Positions 42,575 to 55,909 of a DNA stretch of 64,000 bases are shown here, one piece after another; position 1 is the first letter of the stretch, and the number at the start of each line of letters is the position of its first letter. Source of the DNA: Perkinsus chesapeaki ATCC PRA-425 (taxonomy: Eukaryota; Protista; Perkinsozoa). The notes beneath the pieces were generated by a model. It was given only the letters and a program-made list of their open reading frames with translations, was not told the DNA's origin and made no database searches. Location of the stretch: the NCBI GenBank assembly GCA_013115145.1, contig JAAPAO010000093.1:16817-80816 (forward strand). Direction: 5' to 3'. The translations under genes and the position numbers were made by a program.

Positions 42575-44963
42575 CTACTGCATCCTCTTAAGCTCAATAG
42601 GCTCCTCCTCCTCCTCGTCCTTCTTGGCTTCAGCAGCAGCAGCTGGCGTGGCATCGGAGGAGAGGTCAGCCACGGACACTGCCTGTTCAACACAGACGTC
42701 CAACATCTTCTGGAGGCGGTCCAGGATGGTACGAGGATCCTCCACCATACCAGCGGCAATGCAGGCGTTATCAAAGAGCTGGCTGACGGCCACCTTGGCG
42801 ATGTCCTCGGAGCGCGCGGCCTTGGAGGCAGCGAGATCGCCGAGCTTGCGGACTGTTGGGTGATCAGGGTTCAACTCGAGCGTCATCGGGATGGCCTGAA
42901 GGCAATCGTCGACTTCCAATAAAAACTGCTGCATTCCCCCTTACCTGGAGCGCGTCGTTTTGATCGCCCTGGCCGGTTTGGGCCATCATCTGCTTCATCA
43001 TCCTCCGCATTTGTGGGGAAATGGCCGAGGTGACAACCGCGGGGGAGTTCACCAAACGATCGCTGAACTTCACGCCATTCACGCGCTCGCCTAGGACCTC
43101 CTTGACGAAGGACTCCAGCTCATCACGACGAGCCTCCGGCATGTCCTTCTTGCCCTCCTCGCTCTCCTCGTCACTTTTCAAAAGAGTCTTTTCTATCTCC
43201 TCCTCGCTGTCAACAGACACCAAACGCTTGCCCTTGAAGTTCTCTATGTAGCTCACTACGAAGGCGTCGATGTCCTCGGTCAAGAGCAGCACGTTGACAC
43301 CCTTGTTCTCGAAGGCTTCCATGTACGGCGATGCCAAAGCCGTCTTCCTGTCCTTCGACTGGAGGTAATAAATGTTGTTCTGCTCATCGCCCATGGAGTC
43401 CACGTAGTCCTGGAGGCTCATCAACTCGCCGGCGCCACCGTTGCTGGACTCGAACCTCAGCAGCTTGAGGATAAGGTCCTTGTGGTTGCCGTTGTTATTT
43501 TGCTGGTCCTCCAAAAGTCCCGCCTTGAAATAGAAGCCATACTTCCTCCAGAATGCGTTGTATTTGTCGGCATCACGACGAGCCTGGTCGGCCAGGAACC
43601 TGCCGAGAACAACCGTCTCCAAACCAAAGTTGCCCTCCCCTCCCCACCTGAGGATCCTCCTCACCACAGCGGTGCTGAGCTTCCTCATCAAAGCCGTGTC
43701 TTGCATGTTCTCTCTGGAAATGTTTAAAGGCATGTCCTCGCAGTCAACAACTCCTCTAATCCAGTGAAGCCAGGCGGGAATGATCTCATTCGCGTGCTTC
43801 TTGATGAGGACGCGACGACAATACAGGGACACCTGAGCCATACCGTATCCTCCGACAAAGTTCACCAATAGCCTACCTGCACGTCGGCGTCCTGCTGGAA
43901 CCAACGGTTGGGAGCTTCCTCAGGGATGTAGAACACCGACTTGATCGAGAGCGGCGCATCTGTGTGGTACATGAGGGAGTACATAGGCTCGCCATAGGAA
44001 GAGCCAGAGAGGTAGCGGTAGAAGTTGGTATGCTCCTCCTCAGTGGCGCTGCTCCTGGTCCACAAAGCATCCGTCTTGTTGATCTTCACCTTCTCGGCCT
44101 TCTCGCCCTCGGCCATTCTGATGGGGAAATCGACAAAGTTGGAGAACTTCGAGGCGGCCTTTTTGACGGTCTCTGGGTTGCAGAAGTCAGCAGCGTCCTC
44201 CTTGAGATGAAGAACGATCTTGGTTCCGCGAGGCAAGCCCTTCACTGGCTTAACAGTGAAGCTACCCTGCCCGTCAGATTCCCAAACATGTCCTTCCCCG
44301 TCCTCAGCGACATCCGCCGAACGAGAGAAGACCTCGACCTTATCGGCCACCACAAAACTAGAATAAAAGCCCACACCGAACTGACCGATGATTTGGTTCG
44401 CTGTGTCCCCGGAGGCATTGACCTTGTCGGATGTTATAAATTCTTTAGACCCAGACCGGGCGATCGTGCCAAGATTCTCGATGAGCTCGTGCTTGGTCAT
44501 GCCGATTCCCGTATCCTCTATAATGAACAGCCTGTGCTTAGGGTCGATCGTGATGCTGATCTCGATAGGAGTATCGGGGTCGGCAAGGGACTGGACCTTC
44601 CCGGCAGTTTGGAGGAACCGGAGCTTCTCGCAGGCATCCGAGGCGTTCGAGACTAGCTCACGGATGAAGACCTCCTTGTCCGTGTACAAGGACTTGGCGA
44701 CTATGTCCAGCAGCTTGCGCGTCTCGGTTTTGAATTCGTGAGTAGCACTCGCGTCAGCACCGGCAGCAGCGCTGCTAAAGGCCGCGGTGAAAGCTGCCAT
44801 CGGAGTCGTAGAAACCCAGGGCCTACCAGAATTCATACTCATTTACAGAGTAGCCGTCACCGCCTTACCTGAGTATCCGGCCTCCAGTCGGGGGAGGGGT
44901 CGAACGCCTGGCAGCACTTGTGGCGGCTACATTGGCAAGAGTCACTATGGATCTGTGGCTCAT
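42575..44963 (-). CDS. TRAP1: Mitochondrial Hsp90 (TRAP1/Hsp75), multi-exon
   Basis: Arg/Ser/Thr-rich transit peptide MSHRSIVTLANVAATSAARRS, then EFKTETRKLLDIVAKSLY, FIRELVSNASDA, IGQFGVGFYS, LNISRE and LELNPDHP. Confidence 0.95.
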
Positions 44964-45436
44964 CTGCAGCCCTGTGTTGGACAACTTCGATAGCATCGCT
45001 GGATCTGCAATGGTAAATGAAACTGAAACAGAATGGATACCGCAACACCTATCAACAAAATAAAGGACGATATTACCAAATAGAAGACAGGAGGATTGTA
45101 CGAAAAATGAAACTTACTCGATACCATCCAGAAGACCTGCCCAACAAATACCATGGCAGGATACTTTCCAACTCAACACGGCAATATCCCCATCGTGACA
45201 TACTTATTCAGCAAACCGAAACCATCACGGACCTTATTATAAATGCATGCATCACCTATTAGCCCGTTACTCTGGTACGGGACATCCATGAGGTATCGAA
45301 TAATAACAAACGTGGCGGAAGCGTGTCTAACCGTCACTGCTAATTTTCTATGTTACGGATTTGCGCCGCCGACCAGACAGCGGTGTCAACGTACGTATAT
45401 CAGAGCATATAATAAATCTTCATTTGCAGAGTGATT

Positions 45437-46930
45437 TTAGAAGTCCTCGTCCAAGGAGAAATCGGCGCCTATGCTTTTGCGTCTCTCTTCGGGATCGCTG
45501 ATGCCATTCTTATGAGCACTGGTACCAGCCATAACGCCTCCCTTTTGGTATTCACCTGAGTTGATGGAAAACCGATTACAATGGGAAAGGGGCCGGAAGA
45601 CTTACCAACTCGTTTTTCGAAGAAATTGGTTTTCCCTTGTAAAGAGATCATTTTCATCCAGTCGAAAGGATTAGTGGCATTGTACAACTTGGGATGGCCG
45701 AGAGCCTAAAGGGCAGTTCAGAAATCGGTAACCCCACCTGCGAACGTACCACGAGGAGTCGGTCAGCAACAAACTCGATGTAGCGGCACATTAACTGACT
45801 GTTCATGCCGATGAGGGAAACCGGCAAGGACTCCGAGATGAAGACTCTCTCCACGTCGACAGCTCCCTGAAATAGCCAGCTCTGAGCCTGCCTGAGCATC
45901 CCAGTCCTACCCTAACGATCTCATGAACTCGCTCATCGGGAAGACGTGTGTACTTCAACATATTGTATAACAAGCAGGCAAAGTCCGCATGCAAGCCTGG
46001 CAGAAAATGTCCAAGGAAACAAAGCGCCAGCCAACTCACCCTCATCACGGGATATAAGCTCGTTAGAGAACGTCAGCCCCGGCATAAGCCCACGCTTCTT
46101 CAACCAGTAGATGGCGCAGAACGATCCCGAAAATAAAATACCTTCCACGCAGGCGAATGCAACCTGAAAAGCAAACGACCTTCATCGACCCGGCGAGCAA
46201 CCTCCAAAGATTCTCACCAAACGTTCAGAGAAGCAGTTGTCATCGTTGATCCATGACAAGGCCCAGTCAGCCTTCTTCTTCACACTGGGAACCGTCTCGA
46301 TAGCGCGAAAGATCTTATCTTTCTCCTCGGGGTCTTTAATGTAGTTGTCAATTAACAATGAATACCTGATTGGCGATGGCGAGTGGTAGACTGGGTCGAA
46401 TTACGTCTCCGAGTGGATGTTCTCCATAGCTATCTGGAACCCGTAAAATGCACGAGCTTCCGGGCACTGGACCTCACCAGAGAACTTGGCCGACAGATTC
46501 TCCAGTACGATACCATCACTTGCAGCGAAGAAAGCCAACACCTGACGGGAGAACGGTGCTACCAGTGTGATAGTAAGGAGCTTACGTGGCTGATGAAGTG
46601 ACGGTCATTGTCGGATAAAGTGTCCCAGTCTCTGATGTCCTGGCTCAAGTCGATCTCCTCGGCAGTCCAGAAGGACGCCTCGTGCTTCTTGTACCTGTCA
46701 GACAGGCCAAGATACTTTTGTGCAGCGCTTAACAGCGCAACTCGAGAGGAGTCCAACTACCAACGAGAATGACAAAGGACGTTAAAAATGACCGTTGAGA
46801 CCTATTCAACTTACATCTCCCAGATAGCGAGGTACTTGATTGGGAACATAACGTAACGGTGAGGGTTCTCCCTGAGTAGGTCCTCCTTGGGCTCGAGAGC
46901 CTTCATTTGCTGGCTGAAAGTAGCGGCCAT
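45437..46930 (-). CDS. RRM2: Ribonucleotide reductase small subunit (class Ia R2), multi-exon
   Basis: [71 protein letters not shown] and KTNFFEKRV, ending FSLDEDF*. Confidence 0.97.
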
Positions 46931-47049
46931 GGTTATCAACGAGTACAGTAAATCGCTAACTGATCACAATCGGCACAAGCTATATTAATGAACCTAGTCC
47001 TTAAGTCCGCTGATGCTTGGCAGTTTCATGTTCGCGCATCTGGTCGAAC

Positions 47050-47070
47050 GCGCGCGCCATTCTAATCGAT
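47050..47070. promoter_or_regulatory. Candidate conserved upstream element, copy B
   Basis: GCGCGCGCCATTCTAATCGAT, 120 bp upstream of the RRM2 ATG, in the same orientation as copy A. Confidence 0.5.
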
Positions 47071-47364
47071 CTATAAATCGTACTTTGTGGATGCGTGCTT
47101 GATGATATGGCCCAAGTTCCTGCCGTTTAGATACAGTAGGTCTCTGAGCAGATTCCTCAACTCTAAATAATGGAGCACAGGCTGAGGTCACCTCTTCTGC
47201 AGCCATAAATCGAGACTGTCTTGCAGCGTGATTTACTTTCGGGACTGAGAGTGAACGCTCTACCGATCTCGAAAGTGACTCATGCTTGGCTTAAACTAAC
47301 TCTCATAGAGTCTCATTTTGTCATACGTTAATGGACCAACTTGAAGCTTTTTGAATCTTTTTCG

Positions 47365-50300
47365 ATGGCTTCCTCAACCGATGCAGCCATCTCTCAACCG
47401 GCAGTCGGCCCTTCACATGAGCCTTTCTCCATCAACATACTGGTGAGAGTCAAGACCATGCAACAACAGAATGGTCTAAGGCGCCAAGACTACCACCGTT
47501 ACCGTCAGTACTGTACTAGACGATTACACCGTATAAGGAAGGCGACCAAACTCACTAATGGAAGGGACAGGTAATCGACAGGGTCGAGCAGCGGTATAAC
47601 TCACCGGAACTGGGGAGAGCTAGGATGTCTCATAGCAGCCTATATCAGATCGGAGATTTATTCCCCTTTTATCAGGTTCAAGAAGTGTACCATCCCCGAG
47701 GACTTCACCATCGATAAGGTATTGTAACTAACACTGCGCTCATTTTTACCTGACCCTCAGATCTTGGAGATCCCACTTGTATCAGCCGAGCGTGCTTGGG
47801 CTTATGCCGCCGAACTGCTTGGTGTATACGCCCAGTTCATAGAGGACAAGCCGGCTCTTAAGTACCGCTACTTGCTGCTGCTGCAGCAGCAGCACTGAGT
47901 CGATGTTTATAGGTACCATGGCATTGGACGACTGCGCAAGGCTGTGAGCTACTCGCAGATATTGCTGGCTATGTGTAGGGTTCACTGCGATAGTAGGACC
48001 GTTATGGAGGCGGAGGCTTATGAGAGCTTTATGTCCGGTAATAATGTGGCGTGTAGAATGTAGGCACTTCTGGGGGAGGGCGGCGATACAAACGTGTAAC
48101 TGTGAAAATGAATTGTAACTAGTCATTGAAACGTTAAAACAACAGGGCTGAAAGTGTGTTACTTTATCTATATCGACGTCGATGCATTACGCGTGAAGTA
48201 TACGGTTAATAAGTATTTTAAAGCGACGAGACCTCGCGAAACCCATGAAGGCTGACATGGGGAACTGATGATGAATGGAAAGATACTCTCCCAACGGCAG
48301 CGGAATTTACTGTGATCGGCTATAATGTACTCATATATGTTGGCATCAATGATGAGTGTGAAATTGGGACCAGGGGCGTATTAGGACCAGTAAAGATCGT
48401 TTTCGTGAGTGAGAGACTAGAAACAACGGACACAGTCTTCGCGGAACTAAGGTGCTCGAAATTGAGAGGGGGTAATGGTGTAGTTAACGGTTGAAGGGAT
48501 AGAGAGTGAATGCTAGAGAGGAAGAGGCGCTGTAGATGGCTGTGTGTGGATGGTCAGGTGTACTCGAGTTCAATTTGGAGAACTATACGGCGGCCCTTAA
48601 GAAGTTGACTGCTGCTAAGGATTTGTATCAGAAGCTGTCGGTGTTAACTACTAGCAAGACTGAAGGGGAATTGAAGATGGAGAAGGCATACTATGCCCAG
48701 ATGCTGGATTCGGATATTGCACCGAAGCTTAGACAATGCCGGTAGGAATGTGACGTTACACTATAGGGTATTATAGGGTATTATAGGGTATTATAGAGTA
48801 CTATAGGGTACTATAGGGTACTATAGGGTATATTCGAGTTGGATAATTATTATTGGTTGTATTTAGATATTATGCTGATGAGGATGGACATCATCCAGTG
48901 GAGAAGAAGGTTGAGGGAGCTGCTGTTAAGGAGGGAGCTAAGGTACTTATTGGGTGGAAAAATACAGGACTTGGACCGTAGAAAGGTCTTAGCGTCGATA
49001 TTAACGGTATGAATCCTTTATTGCACTGCAAGAAACAGTGAATACCTTTATTATTTGTCGGATCTGGTTCAGGCGAGTAAGAGTCAAGTAGCACTTCTCC
49101 AACAGATCGATGCCACCAAGGCTAAGGGAGATGCCAGGGGTGATGTTATGGTAGTAATTTGTCTTAGTTTGGGCTGGGGTAGCTCTTGTCTGGCAGTCAC
49201 TGGAAGACTACTATAATGCGACGGATGATGCTGTTGCTTCTGCGATTGATGGCTGTTCAGAAGTGGCAGGTTTGTGTCAAGAAGTCCTGTCGAAGGTGAG
49301 TGGCTTCCTGGGCGATACGGGATAATTCTGCTCTTGAGACTTTTACTCTTTATACCAGGGAGACATTATGGTGATTCTTTCCGCTGTCAGACCCCATTTA
49401 CTATCAACACTCGTACTATATATCGACACTAGTAACAATTGTTGATCCTCGATGACCACATTTCCGCCAGGTCAAATTCCACCATGCTCTTTACGCAGGA
49501 TAGTTCTTACTATAATATTCACTCACCGTAGACACCTGCATCACGCCGCGCTCCTGCTACTACTAGGCTTTACGCCCCTTCGTGGGAGAAATGTAGAAGC
49601 TGCACGAGTCTTGCTGTTGCGAAGCCCCAAGGCAACTGGGAGAAATCTGCCAGGATTTTTCTTCCTGTTTCGCCACCGAATCAGGTCCATTCGGAGATGG
49701 TAAAGTCTGAAGAGGAAAGTGGCGGGGTTGATTGGGCTGCCCACGAGGTTGAGATGAGGAAGGTCAGCGATGAAGTGTCTGGCGAGCGAAGCCTCCTACT
49801 GATATATGGACTGCTGGCTAAGTGAGGGGGGAGGTGGCTCATACAGACGATATGAGTCTGAAGTGGTTCGTTACGTATAACAAAATGACAATAGCTATCA
49901 AAATACCATTCTGGCACTGTGAGCTGCGTATGGCTACCTAGGAGCAATGGAATGCTTGTGGAGGCTTCATTGACCTCTACTTACGCTCTGGAACGACCGT
50001 GATGAAGACACTCTCGATCGGGACATGCAAGAATAGACCGCAGATTTGTCAAGCTTGCTCGGAGTTCCTCTACGCGTATGCAGCTATTCACTTCCGTCAC
50101 GCGCCCTGGTCTGAAAGTAGCTGAACGTGAAGTTCGAGGGAGAAGTAGAGCAACATGAAAAAGTCGACGTATTTGGGTTTTCCGAAAGACTTCCGCATCC
50201 GGAATATTTTCCGAGGACCGCATCTGCATGAACCTCTGATCCGTACCGGACCGCGTACGACTTCACTTGATGAGAGGGTATCCGCTATGACCGCGCGCCA

Positions 50301-51583
50301 CGAAATTAATTCAGGATTCGTTCGTTGAATGTATGGATTGGCACCTCTAAGGGTAGAATGTCGGTGAAGCCAGAGGAGGGTGTTCGGCTTTGCGACATGC
50401 TGTTGGATACTCAAGAGGGTCGAGCTGAGAAACAAGCCATCAAAGATCTTCGGTAACCCGCGAGCGCTTGCCTCCGCTCGAAACTGGCATCCTTTCAGTC
50501 TTTTTTTCCTGGCGCTGTCTCACGCGTCGGCTGGGAAGGTGCCGGAGGCGATATCGCTGTTACAGCTCTTGGAGCAACGCACGTCATCGCAGTTGACGCC
50601 CGAAGATACTCGTATGTCTAGAGCGGCAGTGAGCCTGCGAAGTGATCTGCTACCTGCTGCTGCGACTCAGTGGCGATTGAAGTGAGACGACGGCAGGCTC
50701 GTACGTTTTCATACCGCTCTTTCGACGAATCTTAGCATTTGGGGGTGGGTGGGTGTTGTAAGATGAGAGGCTGCTGGAAATCGGTATTAAATGGGTAGCT
50801 CATTCATTTGGCTATGGAGCTACAGTGTGTTGGAATTTTATAGAAGTTTACCACGAAATTATCATGTTCTCCATCCTAGAAGTTTCATATTCTGTGTCGT
50901 CGAAATAGCCGTATTTTTTAACGTTCTGGACAAAAATTTGGAAAAATAATTCGTTTTGGACAGACATCAAAATGCCCGAACACACCGTATCATTGTGTTG
51001 AAGCTCTTTAAAATGATAGCTAATGATTCACCTTTAATGGGCCAATTTAGCGGCATGCCAGGCAACTGGACAATTCTTGCCCCACTGTATTCAGGGTCTT
51101 GTATAGGGCTTGCTGACATGTCTGTTGTAGAGTAAGAACAGACGGTTGTTACGATGATCGAACGATGAGCTTATATGAAGTTGAGAGTCTCCTAGAATTG
51201 CAGAAACTTGTTCCGCCTGATTCGTAGGAAAGTCTATCGAATGGGAGAATGAGCTGGTAAATTGGTTCCTAAGCCAAAGTGAACGTTTTCGCCTGCTCGG
51301 GGCCTGCTGTTGTTCTATGTTCATTTTCAGATGTCTGCTCCAGCTGGTTGCAGAGAAAGGGGGTCATCCAGTGGAAGCTCCAGCGGCGACTGACAGCGCG
51401 AAGCTGTTCCCGCCGCCATTGCAGCCGATGCCTAGCAAGCCTTTGGTCATCGATATGGCGTTTGATTACATCACTCCACCGGACCTGTCGAAGGAGGTAG
51501 AGGAGCACAAACCTCAGAAGGAGGCGGCTAGCACTGGGCTGTTGGGAAGGCTGGGCGGCTGGTGGGGCGGCGGACGCAACTGA
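47365..51583 (+). CDS. SRP68: Signal recognition particle subunit SRP68, multi-exon
   Basis: QQQNGLRRQDYHRYRQYCTRRLHRIRK, LVSAERAWAYA, RLRKAVSY, and a C-terminal KPLVIDMAFDYITPP...GLLGRLGGWWG*. Confidence 0.93.
48761..48830 (+). repeat. 10-bp minisatellite (C/T)TATAGGGTA x7 in an SRP68 intron
   Basis: Read directly; one unit is a variant (TTATAGAGTA). Confidence 0.97.
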
Positions 51584-52033
51584 GGTCGCTGATGTGTTCA
51601 TTGTTTCATCACAAGCTGTGTAGATGTGTTGGGTTGTATGTTTATGAATAAAGCGATTTGATATTATTAAATGTTCCGTAGAGTCTTTGTGAGGATGTGC
51701 ATGGCGGGAAAGGGGACAGCTGGTGAGAATCCATGGATGAAAAATAATGGTAAGGCTGCCGGGAGAGCCGAGTTGTCAGTGTGGTGTAGCAGTGGGGTAC
51801 ATTGTGGGGGGCGTGCTGCTGGCGGCATGTGGTCTCATTTACACAGAGAGGAACATCCCGCACGCCGGTTCGATTCTGGGGAAGGTCAGCAGTTAGAATA
51901 TATTGGCGAGGCGAATCTTCTTGATCACTTCATTACAATCCGATTGTTAAGCTCACGATTCATTTTCATTTGGCTGCTCATTTGGACTGGTGTTGTCAGC
52001 TGGCGTTCGGGTTGTTAGTTTTCAATTGAGTTG

Positions 52034-55000
52034 ATGGCGTCGTCTACTGGAGATGTCACGAGGCACACTCAGTCGTCTTCGGAACGCAGCACGGCGACTA
52101 GCGAGTCATCGAATAGTATGGGGGGAGGAAGGCGACGAGGGAGGCCAAGAGGCAAGGGAGGAAGGAATGACGCTGCCTGCTATGTGTGCAGGACGGTGAG
52201 TCCTTAGGGGGTACAGGACGCCTGGGGCTTGGTGTGCGGTGTAAGCTTCAAGCACACGGTAGTTAGCATTTCATATTCGATCGATATCCCATTCAGATCG
52301 GCGCTGGACGATTTTTTGACCAGTCTGTATTAAAACAGGTTTCGCTGTTATTCTTTTATTTCTATGATCGATACCTGTGGCTTGGGAAGTTAAGTCTTCT
52401 TCGTCGCTGCTGTCACAGTGAAGGATTCGCCTTCTCTTGGTCGTTTCACCGTGCGCTATGTGTGAAATGGAGCCTGCGAAAGGCCTGAGGTTGATCACGG
52501 AGACGTCTCCATCAGGCTGGCCTACTGATCCTATGTGACACCTGCTCAGCATCATACCACCCCACCTGCATAGGCTTGGACAAGGAGATAGCCAAGTCGA
52601 TGGAGGATGGCTGGAAATGTCCGGTAGGCGGCCACCGCTTGTTGGAGCGTCGGACTGGGTCGTATCAAAGATTCGTCGGAGCCCACGTAGTGTGTTCTCG
52701 AGGTTATCATAGGAGGTGTATAACTGGCGAAAGAAGAAGCATGAAGTGCGTTCCTTATCAGCGCATTCGGCATTTCTCAATGGGCACCGAAGTTGTCTAG
52801 CAGCCCTTCTAAGCAAGCTCGGTTTGCCGGTGTATCGTTTCTTGTGTCATCATCGCCTAATAGTTTGATCAGGCACGGCTGCCTTCCGTTGCTTGATGCA
52901 TTCAATCAGATATGTGCCGCCGGTGATGGCGCTACTGCTGAGGACCGAGAAGCCCGTTTGGTGAGGATATTACGGCGGCAAAGTCCGGTCAAAAAACTAT
53001 GGACATCTCGCGCCTCGACGCAGCCTTTCAACTTGGAGAAGTATCTTATCAATCTCTGGCTCGGGTGAGTGTTCCTCAACGGTGAGTTTCAGGTGACGGC
53101 GTGTGTTCAGCTCCGAGCAACCAATTCCGATGGAAGCGGAAGCAGCTCTAGGAGGGCTAGACGAGTACCCGCTGGTGAAGTCGGCCAGGATGCAGGCTTG
53201 TCAGAATGCTCTGCAGTAGGAAAGCGCGTAAGAGTATTGCGGATGAGCATGGGGACTAGGTACGTCTCTAAGCGGTTTCTCGAAGGAGGCTTGGCGCGAG
53301 GAGCTACTGAGCTGGAGAGAGGTTCGGTGGGAGGGAAAGGGGAAGATATAAGTTGGTATGGCAGTTGACTTTGTTGAATATGCGGCTGATGTGGCCTATC
53401 TGTGCACCAATATCTGCCTATATTCCTCTGACATGACTGAAGAGCTTATTAAGCTTGGGAAGCAGCTGTTAAGGAGGTGGACTAAGGTACGTTGGGAATG
53501 CATTCATCTGCTACTGGTCGTTTATGATAGTGGTGTCTAGTAGCTAGGACATGTGTCATGGGTTGATTAGATGGTTAAAGAAGAGACCAAAGACTTGTCG
53601 GTTGACCCTCACTTTGTCATGAGCTTTGCGGAGCGTGTTGTTGCCTGCAAGAGACTCGGGATGTCGGTATCTCCTACCGCTCTCTCTGCAGCAGTTCTGC
53701 CACAGGTATGACGACCCAGCAGAGGGTCTCTCATTCGACAGCGATATCGCGATGTTGAAGGAGGCCACAGAGGAGGTACGTGATGTCATTGCCACTTTCG
53801 GAAAGTCCCCGACTCAGGCAGGCGTTGCATCTCTAGTTTGCGCTGGAAAGTTCGCCTCGGCCGAGCTCACAGGGCCCGATGCTCCCGTGGAGCAGGGTAG
53901 GAACCTTTATCCATCACCCATGATAGTTTCTGTCAGGTGAGTATCCTGCGCTTTGTAGCAACTGCGGTGAAGATCTGGGGACGAGTAGAGTGGTCCGATG
54001 GCGGCTGGGACGGTGCCTCAGATGCCACTGGCCGGTTACGAAGACAGTTCCGTAGGCAGCAATGGAGTTGTCGTTTGTGATGGTGCTTCAGCTACGGTGA
54101 TCTGGTGGAATCACTAGTATGGCCGTCTTTATATGAGGAGCTTGGCGTTTGTTTCGTCCCGGAGAGGGAGATCGTGTTCGACACACTAAGAATAATTCGA
54201 CGCTTGCGCCCTTATCGGCACCCCCAGGACATAGGTGAGTGGCAGCAGCAGCAGCCCATAATAATGACAGTCTTCCGGCTTCAAGCCGACATTTAATCTG
54301 ATCTGTATATACAGATCTGGACGGGGAACTTTCACGAGAGGTTCGTCTCTTCAGGTCTGAATGCTTGGAAGCTGCAGGCGTATTTGATAACCCACGTGCT
54401 GTATGTGCTGTCTGAATGGGGCTCCCAGCCGCTGTCATCTACTACGTTACATTATGAATATCATTTTGTGAATGAAGCATTAACTTTGTAAGCCGGTATC
54501 CCCAGCGGAGGTCTAGCGGGCAGCCGGTCAGGTGTATGGGTTCAATAGACGACCCTGAACTTGGAGGTGAACTGGTCCAGTGCCTTCGGATCTTCGATGC
54601 TGGAAGTGAGCCTCGGGGCCGAGAGGGTCGGGGTCATGGCTTTTGTCAGGTGGTGGTGAGGATACTGCCATATCACGCAGAGTGTCTGCTGGTGTATGCT
54701 ATTTGCTATCTCGAGAGTCTTCTAGTGAACCAGGTAAGCTCGTTTCGGGGTTAAGGTCGGTATTTTTCCCAGGTCGATGGACGCGGGGGTTAAAGACTAG
54801 TATCTATGACGACTATCATACGACCATGTGCGTGCTGGTGGGGCTTTCACAGCCTAAAGCTCGGTCTGTTACAATAACCACTGAAGTGGACAAGCACTCG
54901 GCAAGGGTACACGAATGGTTGGCATTCATGGAAGATGAAGAGTCTCACCCGTACGATCAGACGTAAGTTCATAGCTGTACACAAGTGCGTACACTGTACC

Positions 55001-55520
55001 GTACTGTACTGTACTTACGTACAGTCTGTACGTAAGTACGCGGCGAAAGATCTATGGCGCTAGCTCTTAAACACTAGTAATGCGACATTACTCAGACCCC
55101 GGTCGTCGATAAAGTTACATAGACTGCTGTGTGACTGATCAGGTATGAGGTTGTCAGAGCTGAGCCAAAGCAACCCCGGACTAGAAGCGGCCGAATAAGC
55201 AGTAACAGGAAGATGGATATTGGTGTTTTGGACGACTGTAACATTATGGAGTATACTAAAATTGCTGCTGAGAGAAGGAAAGCGTTGGCCTCACTCGAGG
55301 CGAGGAAAAGACGGCGCGGTGAAGATAACGTATACTGTTGAAGCCACGCGGAATACGCACCTCAGATACTTTGACCCATTCGGGAATTAGCACGGTGGTC
55401 AAGGAGGATGATCTGAAGGGGACACTGTCAAGTTCAGTGATATGCTCCCCCGACAATGTCGTCCCTCAAAATCCACCATGTGAGCTTTGGCATTGTTCCT
55501 ATGCTGGATTAGCATTTTAG
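52034..55520 (+). CDS. Uncharacterised multi-exon protein: AT-hook-like and CxxC N-terminus plus alpha/alpha-toroid-like C-terminal domain (ends approximate)
   Basis: RRRGRPRGKGGR and CYVC at the N-terminus. Joined exons give RRLRPYR, AYLITHVLYVLSEWG, IDDPELGGELVQCL and AGVCYLLSRE...GRW...YDDYHTTMCVLVGL. Confidence 0.65.
55011..55039. repeat. Perfect inverted repeat (14-bp arms, 1-nt loop) in an intron
   Basis: GTACTTACGTACAG-T-CTGTACGTAAGTAC. Confidence 0.95.
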
Positions 55521-55909
55521 ACTCAGCTTCCCCCGTCCGCAGGAAAAGAGGTCCTGTGCAGTGCGGCATTTGTGGATGTTCGTTCTCGCTTCTGAGAGAA
55601 TCCATTCGGGTAAGCAAGTTGCGTTACGCAACATAAGAAAAAGATTCTGCTTGTTATCCCTTCCAAATGACATACTCTACACGACATTTCTCTCCTTGTT
55701 CTTGGTTGCGCGTACAGCTTTATGCTGTCTTCTCTCAGTGCGCCGAGTGTCGTCTAGCAGTCCATCTGGAATGTTTACCACGCTCAGAGCGGACGGACCT
55801 CAAGAAAACCGAGTAAGCGGTGGGAATATCGTCTGAATAATACTTACTTCGCAGTGAAAAGTTTTCTTGCGCGTAGACGCTCAAGCCAGGCTCACTAATT
55901 GTTCAGTAG

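Noticed and set aside
43021-44993. Plus-strand ORFs opposite TRAP1 (e.g. 43964-44656)
   Set aside because: Antisense ORFs are typical of codon-biased Hsp genes.
48100-48555. C/D-box snoRNA in a long SRP68 intron (TGATGA motifs)
   Set aside because: No properly placed CTGA D box with a terminal stem, and no recognisable rRNA-complementary guide.
51780-51880. tRNA-like GGTTCGATTC T-loop motif
   Set aside because: No proper 5-bp T stem, acceptor stem or correctly spaced D and anticodon arms.
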